From the NCBI GenBank assembly GCA_964549075.1, contig CAZJUB010000021.1, forward strand, positions 1 through 19,625: a DNA stretch of 19,625 nucleotides. Reading direction: 5' to 3'. The stretch comes from an uncultured archaeon (GTDB taxonomy: Archaea; Asgardarchaeota; Heimdallarchaeia; Heimdallarchaeales; Heimdallarchaeaceae). Position 1 is the first letter of the stretch. Every line of letters begins with the position of its first letter. This document shows positions 1-8,035 of the stretch, piece after piece. Position numbers and translations under genes: made by a program. The notes under the pieces were generated by a model, which made no database searches, had not been told where the DNA came from, and saw only the letters and a program-made list of their open reading frames with translations.

Positions 1-1
1 T

Positions 2-1549
2 ACCTACCCATGGATACCTGATTTCAGATCAGATTTTCACTTGGGAAATACTGCTGACTATGACTGGATACAAAGACCTTGGTACGGTGAATTACTTGAT
101 GCAGAAGCAAAATCGGAACATAAGGGTATGGAAAGCCATTTTTCTAAATTAGGTGTTGATTACACTTTACAATATATCTTCATCTCTCTAGGTCAAGCAA
201 TTTATGATGAAAATAGCGATTTTGTGGGTTTCTGGGTAATGTATATTAACCTTGATTATTTAATGAATACTTTAGAATTAGATATAACAGCTGAAGATTT
301 TTCTCTCATAATTAATCAAGACAAAGAAATAGTCATCTCACCTCAAATAGCAGCAAATACTACTAGAAAGCCAAAAGAAGAGTTTCCAACCACAAATATT
401 GATGATTATCCAAACGAAGATTTACATGAATGTGTTACTGCAGTTCTCAATTATGAATCTGGTTACAAGATTTTAACTTATAATAGTACTGAATATGTTG
501 TTCTCTACAAACCTATTAGTTCTATTCCTTGGTTTATGTTACATTTCTCGCCATTAGTTTTGGTCATGAACGAGTTCTCACCAACCTTGACAACTCTTCA
601 AAGTAATATGAGAATTCTTGAACTAATCTTAGTATTAGTGTCCTTTGCTATCATAGTTGGTGTTGGGATTTTATCCACTTATTTAGCTGTAAATTTCTCT
701 AAATATGCTGTGCGCTTGTTAGATGCGATGAGAGCTGTTTCTGAAGGAGATTATAGCGTTAGTTTTGATGTTTCTCATGAACGGAATATCCATGAAATCA
801 GTGAGATTTATTTTGCTTTTGAGGAAATGGCTTTAAAATTAGAAGAGTCCTCAAGAAAAGAGCGAGAAGCAGCTCATCTCGCAGAATTAGCTATAGATCT
901 TTTTACTCATGATTTAAGTAACTATCATCAAGCAATTCTTGGTTATCTTGAAATGGCAAAAATGGCTAGTGATGATCCGAAACAAATTAATGATTTGATT
1001 AATAATGCAATTCGGATTATAAATCGCGCAAATACTGTGAAAGATAAAATCAGAAAACTAAGTGGTTTAGAGAAAACAACTGAACCATATACTAAGCGTA
1101 AGTTTTCAGAATATATAGATGAAGCAGTTGAAGTTGTTAAAACTTCTTATCCTGAAACTAAAATTGTTCTCGAAAAGAATTTTGATGATAATATCGAAAT
1201 CTATGCTAATGTTTTTCTTGTTGATGTATTTTCTAATATTTTTGATAATGCTCTTCAATCTAACAAAACTGATAGTATCAAATTCTCAATTCAAATCTCT
1301 CATCTTCAACTTAAACAAGGAAATTACTGGCAGATAACAATTGAAGATAATGGCTCTGGGATATCTGATGATGTAAAAGATCAAATCTTCCAGAGTTTTG
1401 ATTCAGGAATTAGAATACGCGGACTAGGAATGATGTTCATATATAGAATAATTAAAGCTTATGAAGGTACAATAGAAATTAAGGATAGGGTTGAAGGTGA
1501 TTATACAAAAGGAACCAAAATTATTTTCACTATTCGAGATTATAGATAA
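2..1549 (+). CDS. Membrane sensor histidine kinase (Cache-like sensor, TM, HAMP, HisKA, HATPase); 5' end outside window
   Basis: Frame is open from base 2 (TYPWIPDFRSDFHLG...), so the TTG at 41 is probably internal. Cache-type 'DWIQRPWY' motif; TM (ILELILVLVSFAIIVGVGIL); HAMP (AMRAVSEGDYS...EISEIYFAFEEM); H-box DLFTHDLSNY; N-box NIFDNA; G1 IEDNGSGI; G2 GLGM; GTK. Confidence 0.93.
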   Translation, partial: TYPWIPDFRSDFHLGNTADYDWIQRPWYGELLDAEAKSEHKGMESHFSKLGVDYTLQYIFISLGQAIYDENSDFVGFWVMYINLDYLMNTLELDITAEDFSLIINQDKEIVISPQIAANTTRKPKEEFPTTNIDDYPNEDLHECVTAVLNYESGYKILTYNSTEYVVLYKPISSIPWFMLHFSPLVLVMNEFSPTLTTLQSNMRILELILVLVSFAIIVGVGILSTYLAVNFSKYAVRLLDAMRAVSEGDYSVSFDVSHERNIHEISEIYFAFEEMALKLEESSRKEREAAHLAELAIDLFTHDLSNYHQAILGYLEMAKMASDDPKQINDLINNAIRIINRANTVKDKIRKLSGLEKTTEPYTKRKFSEYIDEAVEVVKTSYPETKIVLEKNFDDNIEIYANVFLVDVFSNIFDNALQSNKTDSIKFSIQISHLQLKQGNYWQITIEDNGSGISDDVKDQIFQSFDSGIRIRGLGMMFIYRIIKAYEGTIEIKDRVEGDYTKGTKIIFTIRDYR

Positions 1550-1562
1550 TTTTTTTCTTTTT
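1550..1562 (+). terminator. Oligo-T tract after the kinase, between convergent genes (archaeal-type terminator)
   Basis: TTTTTTTTCTTTT directly after the kinase TAA. Confidence 0.45.
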
Positions 1563-1914
1563 AATTTGCTTTATTTTCCTTTTGTTCAATTTCAAATTGA
1601 GCATTCTTTGCTTTTTCTTTATTAAATTCTCTAACATCCTTCCTTAAACTATGAAATAGTGGAATTATAACAAATATTACAATGAATATCAAAAGAACTA
1701 ATCCTAAAATTATCCAAGGTGTATCCAATATCCCTTCTCCATTCCACACACTTATTAGTCCTAATACAGCTGATACAATCCATAGTATTGTTAACGCGAC
1801 TAAAATAGAAATTTTTGCAATTTTAAATAATTTGTTAATTTTTTCTCTTTGCAGTTCTTCTTCTTCACTGAGTTCAGTAGAAACCTTTTGTTCTTCAATA
1901 TCAAGGTTTGCCAT
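1561..1914 (-). CDS. Small hypothetical membrane protein (2 TM, charged termini)
   Basis: 117-aa ATG ORF with two hydrophobic stretches (ISILVALTILWIVSAVLGLISVW; WIILGLVLLIFIVIFVIIPLF); fills the gap between neighbours. Confidence 0.8.
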   Translation of the reverse strand: MANLDIEEQKVSTELSEEEELQREKINKLFKIAKISILVALTILWIVSAVLGLISVWNGEGILDTPWIILGLVLLIFIVIFVIIPLFHSLRKDVREFNKEKAKNAQFEIEQKENKAN

Positions 1915-1921
1915 AACTTTC

Positions 1922-1950
1922 GAAAAGAGTAAGGTTTCTTAACTCTTTTC
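1922..1950. promoter_or_regulatory. Inverted repeat in divergent spacer (candidate operator/hairpin)
   Basis: GAAAAGAGT (1922-1930) N11 ACTCTTTTC (1942-1950), perfect 9-bp arms, 8-36 bp upstream of the minus-strand ATG at 1914. Confidence 0.4.
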
Positions 1951-1989
1951 ATTTTACCTTAAGTTTAATTTCTTTCTTTCTATAAATAG

Positions 1990-2032
1990 GAGAACCTTTA
2001 AAAATAAAATTGTAAAGAAAACTTGAAGGTGA
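1990..2032 (+). promoter_or_regulatory. BRE/TATA-like promoter and SD for M42 peptidase
   Basis: GAGAACC-TTTAAAAA (TATA-like 1997-2004) and AGGTGA (2027-2032) 6 nt before the TTG at 2039. Confidence 0.5.
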
Positions 2033-2038
2033 ATAACC

Positions 2039-3103
2039 TTGAGTTATGAAATTAATGAAAAATTTTTAGAAAAATTAGTTACTACACCTAGAGCTACAGG
2101 ATATGAATTTCCTGCACAGAAAGTAGTGAAAGAATACCTAGAAAGTGATGTTGATAAAATAGATGTTGATAGAGTTGGCAATGTTTGTGCAATCATAAAT
2201 CCTGAGAGTAAATTTAAAATTATGCTAGCTGGGCATATTGACCAAATTGGTTTTCAAATATCTCATATAGATGACAAAGGCTATTTGTGGATTCTTCCTC
2301 TTGGTGGTTTTGATACTTCAACTCTCCCAGGAAAGAGAGTTAGAGTTATTTCAGATAAAGGAGAAATTCTTGGTGTAATAGGTAAAAAAGCTATTCATCT
2401 GATGAAACCTGATGAAAGGAAACAAGCTCCTGAGATGGAAAAACTTTTCATAGATATTGGCTGCAAAGATGAAGAAGAAGCAAAGAAATTTGTTGATGTT
2501 GGTGATTTTGCTGTATTTAATTATGGCTATTCGAGATTGGGAAAAAATAATTATGCAGTTGCAGCAGGATTTGATGACGCAATTGGATCTTTCATAGTTG
2601 CAGAAATTATGAAAGAATTGTCGAAGAATAAAAACTTCTACCCTGGAGTTTATGGTGTTTCAACTGTACAAGAGGAAATTGGCCTTAGAGGTGCTCATAT
2701 ATCTGCAGAGGCTATTAAACCTGATATAGGAATTGCTTTTGATGTTGGATTCGCAGCTGATGCACCTGAAATTGAAAAGAAAATGGTCGGTGACACAAAA
2801 CTTGGCGGTGGTCCTATTATTTCGATAGGTCCTAATTTCAACCCATTAGTAGTGAAAAAATTATTTGAAATTGCAGAAAAAAATAATATACCTTATCAGA
2901 AACATGCTGCTCCAAGAGGGACAGGAACTGATGCTAATGCTATTCAGCTGTCAGGTGCTGCAACCGGATTGTTAGGCATTCCTAACAGATACATGCATAC
3001 AGCTTCAGAAATTGTTAGTTTAGATGATGTTAAAAACATCATACTCTTGGTTGTAGAGTTTATAAAGGCAATAAAAGAAGGAGACAGTTTCATACCTGTC
3101 TAA
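2039..3103 (+). CDS. M42 family metallo-aminopeptidase (TET/Frv-like)
   Basis: 354 aa; metal-ligand motifs LAGHIDQIG, FDDAIG, QEEIGLRGA, DVG, GTGTDA, RYMHT; SD-supported TTG start. Confidence 0.93.
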   Translation: MSYEINEKFLEKLVTTPRATGYEFPAQKVVKEYLESDVDKIDVDRVGNVCAIINPESKFKIMLAGHIDQIGFQISHIDDKGYLWILPLGGFDTSTLPGKRVRVISDKGEILGVIGKKAIHLMKPDERKQAPEMEKLFIDIGCKDEEEAKKFVDVGDFAVFNYGYSRLGKNNYAVAAGFDDAIGSFIVAEIMKELSKNKNFYPGVYGVSTVQEEIGLRGAHISAEAIKPDIGIAFDVGFAADAPEIEKKMVGDTKLGGGPIISIGPNFNPLVVKKLFEIAEKNNIPYQKHAAPRGTGTDANAIQLSGAATGLLGIPNRYMHTASEIVSLDDVKNIILLVVEFIKAIKEGDSFIPV

Positions 3104-3114
3104 ATTTTCCTTTT

Positions 3115-3951
3115 TTATTCAATTAACATTGTAAAATCAAAGTTCTCTACAGAATGGGTTAAAGATCCAGAAGATATTAAATTAACACCTTTTAAGGTAT
3201 ACTGCTGTAGATTCTCCAAAGTTATATTGCCACTTAATTCTACTAAAACATCGGGATTAAACTCTCTAATCTTTGGAATTGCATGTTTAACTTCTTCAGG
3301 GGAGAAATTATCCAACATGATAATATCTGCTCCACTTTTGGCAGCTTCAATCGCTTCCTTCTCATTTTGAACCTCGAGCTCAATCTTCTTACTGAAACTT
3401 GTTTTTTCTTTAGCCAAAGAAATAGCTTCAGCAATAGAGTCAAAAGCAGCAAGGTGATTTTCTTTTAATAATATCATATCAGATAAATTAAACCGATGAG
3501 TGTCACCTCCACCTATAGTGATAGCATATTTATCATATTTACTCAAACCTGGCACTACTTTTCTTGTTCCACAAATTCGGAGACTTGGATTGCTTTGTCT
3601 AGCTAATTTTACCATTTTAGCTGTTTTTGTTGCAATTCCAGATAATCTACCTAAAATGTTTAACGAAACTCTTTCTGCTTGAAGTAAGGATTGAAATTTC
3701 CCACTAATAGTAGCAATTGCTACTCTAGTTTCCACTTCTGTTCCCTCTTCTACTAAAGGCTCAAATTTAGCTCCCACAATTTCAAAGATTTTTTGAATAA
3801 TAAAAAGTCCAGCAACAGTTCCTTCCTGTTTGGAGTAAATTGTTGCTTTAGCACTCTTAATTGGCACTAAAGAAGTGGTAATATCCCAATATGGTAAATC
3901 TTCTTTGAGCCATTTTTTAATATCATCTTCAATAAGAAAAGCAGGTATCAT
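3115..3951 (-). CDS. nadC: Nicotinate-nucleotide pyrophosphorylase (carboxylating), QPRTase
   Basis: WLKED..DITT, ERVSLN, GTRKVVPG, HRFNLSDMILLKENH, ELEV, IMLDN, ELSGNI; 12 bp downstream of nadA. Confidence 0.96.
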   Translation of the reverse strand: MIPAFLIEDDIKKWLKEDLPYWDITTSLVPIKSAKATIYSKQEGTVAGLFIIQKIFEIVGAKFEPLVEEGTEVETRVAIATISGKFQSLLQAERVSLNILGRLSGIATKTAKMVKLARQSNPSLRICGTRKVVPGLSKYDKYAITIGGGDTHRFNLSDMILLKENHLAAFDSIAEAISLAKEKTSFSKKIELEVQNEKEAIEAAKSGADIIMLDNFSPEEVKHAIPKIREFNPDVLVELSGNITLENLQQYTLKGVNLISSGSLTHSVENFDFTMLIE

Positions 3952-3963
3952 TCTATAACTTCC

Positions 3964-4992
3964 TTAATATTTCAACATATTGCTTACAGCTTTGTAAGCT
4001 TTTTTACGAATTTCTTCATCTAAATCTATAATGTTCTCATCGGTTGGATTCTCAAGAGCTTTTAGAGTTGCTGCAAGATCGTTTCTTTTCATACTAACAC
4101 ATATCATCTTACTGTCTTCAAACTGAACATCTGGAAATTCAATTTTCATCCTATCGATAAAGCCTTGTTCAGTTAGAAAAAGTACTTTCTCTCCTTTCTT
4201 AGCTTGAGCTGAAAAACGATGCATATCTCCTGTTCCACCGATTAAATCAACAGCATCTACAACTTCTGGACGACATTCAAAATGAGCAAAAGTTTTGACA
4301 TCATCTTTATTAGCAATTAATTTCTCCAATCTCTTTATAGTCATTGCATCATGAGTTCTACAATGTCCTGGCCATGTTATAATATTCTTTCCTGTAATCT
4401 TTGCAAGATTCTCCCCCATATTCTGATCTGGGATAAAAATTATAGTATCTGTTTCAAGACTATCCACAATTTTTCTTGCATTTGCAGATGTACAGCAAAT
4501 ATCAGATTCAGCTTTTACATCCGCATTAGTATTTACATAACATACAACTGGAACTCCGGGATTTTCTTTCTTAAGTTTTCTTACATCTTCTGCACTAATT
4601 GAATCTGCTAAAGTACAGTCTCTACCTTTTTCAGGTACCAATATCAGTTTTTCAGGATTCAGAATTTTTACTGATTCTGCCATAAAATCGACACCACAGA
4701 ACAAAATTCTCTTCTCTCTGATTTCTGTAGCCTTCTTTGCTAAAGCAAGAGAATCCCCCACAATATCAGCTATTCCAAAAACAATATCTGCTGATTGATA
4801 TGAATGAGCTAGTATTTTAAATCCTTTATCATGTTTTAATTTATTTATTCTTAAAGTATAAGGTGCAATTGATTCACATGCACTTTTACTCCATCCCAAT
4901 TTACTCAGTTTTGAATATAATCGGTCTACTTCTTGCTCCAGCAATGTTCTATCTCCTTCAGCGACTTTCGGAGCGTCCTCTATAATAACCAT
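3964..4992 (-). CDS. nadA: Quinolinate synthase (4Fe-4S)
   Basis: LAHSYQ, GDSLAL, FCGVDFMAES, CYVNT, CCTSANA, AHFEC and three cluster Cys (DCTLA, GHCRTH, ICVSMK). Start placed at ATG 4992 (MVIIED) rather than TTG 5082 because a TTTAAATA box lies about 30 bp upstream of it and the extra 30 residues look non-homologous. Confidence 0.95.
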   Translation of the reverse strand: MVIIEDAPKVAEGDRTLLEQEVDRLYSKLSKLGWSKSACESIAPYTLRINKLKHDKGFKILAHSYQSADIVFGIADIVGDSLALAKKATEIREKRILFCGVDFMAESVKILNPEKLILVPEKGRDCTLADSISAEDVRKLKKENPGVPVVCYVNTNADVKAESDICCTSANARKIVDSLETDTIIFIPDQNMGENLAKITGKNIITWPGHCRTHDAMTIKRLEKLIANKDDVKTFAHFECRPEVVDAVDLIGGTGDMHRFSAQAKKGEKVLFLTEQGFIDRMKIEFPDVQFEDSKMICVSMKRNDLAATLKALENPTDENIIDLDEEIRKKAYKAVSNMLKY

Positions 4993-5021
4993 CTTCAGTC
5001 GGGGATTATTTTGTAAAATTG

Positions 5022-5029
5022 TATTTAAA
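5022..5029 (-). promoter_or_regulatory. TATA-like box for nadAC
   Basis: Minus strand reads TTTAAATA, 30-37 bp upstream of the ATG at 4992. Confidence 0.45.
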
Positions 5030-5127
5030 GAGTGTTCGTTTAGGGACAAAATTGAATGAAAATTACGTAAAAGAGACATCAAACCTTATAAAATAGCTGT
5101 TTAGCATAGTAATTTCATAAAATATAA

Positions 5128-5221
5128 GCAAACTTTGCCTATACTTTTTACTCAAAATTTGCATATTTTTGCGTTTTTAGCAATTCTGTATACAGTTTAC
5201 ATATTTTCAGATGAGTAAAAA
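5128..5221. promoter_or_regulatory. Cluster of dyads in the nadA / NADK-HTH divergent spacer (candidate operators)
   Basis: GCAAACTTTGC (5128-5138); TCAAAATTTGC (5152-5162); CTGTATACAG (5186-5195); inverted pair TTTTTACTCA (5145-5154) / TGAGTAAAAA (5212-5221). Confidence 0.4.
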
Positions 5222-5285
5222 TTAAAGGAAAAGACTAAATATGTCTTTAACATATAATAAAAAGAACAAAAACTTGTTGATAAAA

Positions 5286-6332
5286 ATGAATTTAGCTCTT
5301 TATATTGCAGAGGAACACACTGCTCAAATTTTTGCAAAGGAAATCAAAGAGGTTTTAAAGGAATTAGATCCAGCACTAAGTATTATTGAGATTCAGGATA
5401 AAGAGCTAACAAAAACTAATTGGGAAAATGAGATCCAAGATTTTGCAGTTCATCGTATAAACTGTTTAATAGCAGTGGGAGGAACTGGAACTTTTCTTAG
5501 AGCAATTTTTCTCTGTAGAAGTTCAATTCCAATAGTATCCGCTTCTTCTGAGAGTATTAGTTTTTTCACAGAAATCAACCCAATTAATTTACAAGAAACT
5601 TTACAAGCTCTTCTCTCGCGAAAATATGATGTTGACAACTACAATCAAATTGTCTATCAAGATAGGAGAAGTAATTTTTCAGTACCAGCTCTCAATGAAA
5701 TAGCAATTTTCCCCAAAGACTCAGCATTGTTGATGAATTACACACTTATAATTGATAAAAACCAATTATATCGAGGACGAGCCGATGGCCTAATTATATC
5801 CACTGCTCTAGGAAGTACAGGATATGCATTATCTTCAGGTGGTCCTATAGCTTTTGGGAATCCTGACATTCATATGGTTGTACCTGTAAACCCGTTAAGT
5901 AAAGATCACATACCCTTAGTAATTCCATCAAATTCTGAAATAAACCTCACTAATGTGAAATCTAGGTCCGAAATCGAAGTAATAATTGATGGGCAATTAC
6001 GATTACAAGCTGATGATGAAATCTTTGTTAGGAAATATTCATCTACAGCAAAAATTATGCGTTTCCAAGCAAAACGAAATATTTTAGCTAAACTACGTAA
6101 CCGTTTAGTAGAGCTCGATCTTCGCAATCTCCAAGGTGTCCCTCCATCAGCAAAATATATTTTCAAACTTCTTTTGACAGATGGAGAAATGACACAAAAA
6201 GAATTAATAGAAAGTACAGGTTTACCCAATCGTACTGTCAGAAATGCATTAGCTATACTTAAAGGAAAGGGAGTAATCAACCAAAGACCGCATTTAAGAG
6301 ATGCAAGACAATCCATTTACTATGTCGAATGA
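5286..6332 (+). CDS. NAD kinase-like domain fused to C-terminal winged HTH (probable pseudo-kinase regulator)
   Basis: LIAVGGTGTFLRA (GGDGT equivalent), ALNEI, ADGLIISTALGSTGYALSSGGP, IIDGQ; wHTH from about 6138 (VPPSAKYIFKLLLTDGEMTQKELIESTGLPNRTVRNALAILKGKGVI...RDARQSIY). Start could be 5241 or 5286; TATAATAA at 5253-5260 favours a near-leaderless start at 5286. Confidence 0.9.
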   Translation: MNLALYIAEEHTAQIFAKEIKEVLKELDPALSIIEIQDKELTKTNWENEIQDFAVHRINCLIAVGGTGTFLRAIFLCRSSIPIVSASSESISFFTEINPINLQETLQALLSRKYDVDNYNQIVYQDRRSNFSVPALNEIAIFPKDSALLMNYTLIIDKNQLYRGRADGLIISTALGSTGYALSSGGPIAFGNPDIHMVVPVNPLSKDHIPLVIPSNSEINLTNVKSRSEIEVIIDGQLRLQADDEIFVRKYSSTAKIMRFQAKRNILAKLRNRLVELDLRNLQGVPPSAKYIFKLLLTDGEMTQKELIESTGLPNRTVRNALAILKGKGVINQRPHLRDARQSIYYVE

Positions 6333-6386
6333 TACTAGATGTGATTTATCGTAATTTCACATACCGTAGACAGTACTATCGGCGTT

Positions 6387-6441
6387 TTTATAAAGTATCT
6401 TTGCTGTACATTAGAAAAGAATAATTCAAAATAATCAGGTG
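6387..6441 (+). promoter_or_regulatory. TATA-like box and SD upstream of GTPase gene
   Basis: TTTATAAA (6387-6394); AGGTG (6437-6441) 6 nt before TTG 6448. Confidence 0.45.
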
Positions 6442-6447
6442 TAGATA

Positions 6448-7140
6448 TTGAATCAGATGACCCAGTTATCCTTGAAGAAAATAACTGTTCTTGGAACAAC
6501 TGGATCAGGCAAAACTACATTTCTAGAAGCTCTTTTTGGAAATATTCAAAGAAATGATGTAGCAAGGAAACTCTTCAAAGAAGTAAGTAATAATCTGGAT
6601 TTTACACCTCTAAGATACAATAATTTTACATCTAGTACAACGACAATATCACTAAATGTTGTAAATTCTGTAATCATTTTAACTCGATTTAACAAAGTGA
6701 TTCTTAAAAAATATGCGGATATTGAGACTTTGGATTTCGAATCTATAGATTCAGCTTTTCAAGTAATATTCAATGATCCAGCTGGGCAAGATAGATTTGA
6801 TTTCATGCAGGATATAGCAATTAAGGGAGCAGACTTAGTTATTATAATGGCAGATGGTACCAACATATCTTCGTTGGAGAAAATCGTCCATTATCTGGAA
6901 ATGGTAAATCTAGAAGAAACTCGGAAACAAAGAGAAATCCCAGTGATCATTTTTATTAATAAAAGTGATTTACAAGAAAAAGGTGTTTATTTAGGGATGG
7001 AGGTAGCAGAACGAATTGTTTATTCATCTATTGTCGATAGGAAGATATTGTTCTATGAAACTACTAATTATGACGCCAATTGTTATCAACTACCTCTGAC
7101 AATTATCTTTAACTATCTTGCAATGCAAGCGTATAGCTAA
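6448..7140 (+). CDS. Small Ras-superfamily GTPase (MglA/Rab/Arf-like, Asgard type)
   Basis: G1 GTTGSGKTT, G2 STTTISLN, G3 NDPAGQDRF, G4 FINKSD, G5-like YETT; long insertions around G2. Confidence 0.9.
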   Translation: MNQMTQLSLKKITVLGTTGSGKTTFLEALFGNIQRNDVARKLFKEVSNNLDFTPLRYNNFTSSTTTISLNVVNSVIILTRFNKVILKKYADIETLDFESIDSAFQVIFNDPAGQDRFDFMQDIAIKGADLVIIMADGTNISSLEKIVHYLEMVNLEETRKQREIPVIIFINKSDLQEKGVYLGMEVAERIVYSSIVDRKILFYETTNYDANCYQLPLTIIFNYLAMQAYS

Positions 7141-7194
7141 ACCTTCAAACTAACTAAATCTTTATCAATTTTGCATTTAACAATTAGTTGAAGC

Positions 7195-7563
7195 ATGAAA
7201 AGCGTCAAACAGGTTACATTTAATTTTACTGAGAGTAGAAGAATCAAAAATTATGCGCAAAAAAATAATCTTGAAGAAAAAGAAGTGTTATCTAAATATC
7301 CTGAAGTGATGCATATAATTTTTCAAGCATGGAAGAAAAATCATTCTACTTCTCAAGAAATAAGTTTCAGAGATTTCTTTCTACAAGTAATGAAATTCGC
7401 AGAATTTGAGTTTCGTTTGAAAGAAAGGAAAGGCGACTTGAAACTGATAAATGAACATGTCAAGATCTTAAGAGACGCTTTAGAAGAATATGAACAGGAT
7501 TATGCTACTGTGATTAAAATTGAACAAATAGTTAAAGAACTTGCTGGAGGTACTATGCCTTGA
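7195..7563 (+). CDS. Hypothetical protein (helical, charged)
   Basis: 122-aa ATG ORF, co-directional with neighbours, stop overlaps the next start; no recognised motif. Confidence 0.75.
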   Translation: MKSVKQVTFNFTESRRIKNYAQKNNLEEKEVLSKYPEVMHIIFQAWKKNHSTSQEISFRDFFLQVMKFAEFEFRLKERKGDLKLINEHVKILRDALEEYEQDYATVIKIEQIVKELAGGTMP

Positions 7564-8009
7564 AAATCGGAACTACTATGTTCACTGTGAAGTTCAAAGA
7601 TAAAGTTCCTTGTGATGACGAAAATATCTTAGCTAGTGATCTTGCTTATTATCTCTATTATCTTAATATAATCCCTAAAGAAATTATAGAGTGGACTTTA
7701 GAAGATATATCCAAAAAAAGACTTGAAGATGAGACGATATTTACAGAGATGAGTAAAGAATATTCAAATTTATTCAAAGAATATGCTCTTATAAGATTAA
7801 AAGCAAACGAGCTTTATGAGAGAAATCGTACTGTAGCTCTAACAATGGGATTGTTAAGACAAAAATTAATTAAGTTCAAGGAAAATAATATAGAACTTCC
7901 TCTAGATTATGATAAATCAATTGAGATTGTAGAAAATTTCATCTATAGATATTTGACAAAGAAACAAGATAAAAGACTGATCGAGCAAGTCGTTTTTCAA
8001 GAACGATGA
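7560..8009 (+). CDS. Hypothetical protein (helical)
   Basis: 149-aa ORF; TTG start overlaps the upstream TGA (TTGA) and follows GGAGGT (7546-7551). Confidence 0.75.
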   Translation: MKIGTTMFTVKFKDKVPCDDENILASDLAYYLYYLNIIPKEIIEWTLEDISKKRLEDETIFTEMSKEYSNLFKEYALIRLKANELYERNRTVALTMGLLRQKLIKFKENNIELPLDYDKSIEIVENFIYRYLTKKQDKRLIEQVVFQER

Positions 8010-8035
8010 AAGCCTATAATCTCTAAGTATTACAG

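Noticed and set aside
4993-5082. 30-aa N-terminal extension of NadA in the ORF track
   Set aside because: Looks like read-through of AT-rich spacer; a TATA-like box sits at the expected distance from ATG 4992.
5286-6332. Annotating as housekeeping nadK/ppnK
   Set aside because: Catalytic Asp replaced, GxLGFL motif decayed and wHTH fused; gene symbol withheld.
6339-6382. ATGTGA-N12-TCACAT and a small CCGTAG...CTATCGG hairpin after the NADK-HTH gene
   Set aside because: Only 6-bp arms; spacing does not match a CRP site; not a tRNA fragment or recognisable att site.
7561-7590. Selenocysteine read-through at the TGA ending the 122-aa ORF
   Set aside because: Another in-frame TGA follows within ten codons, no Sec-type motif context, and the overlap is explained by translational coupling.
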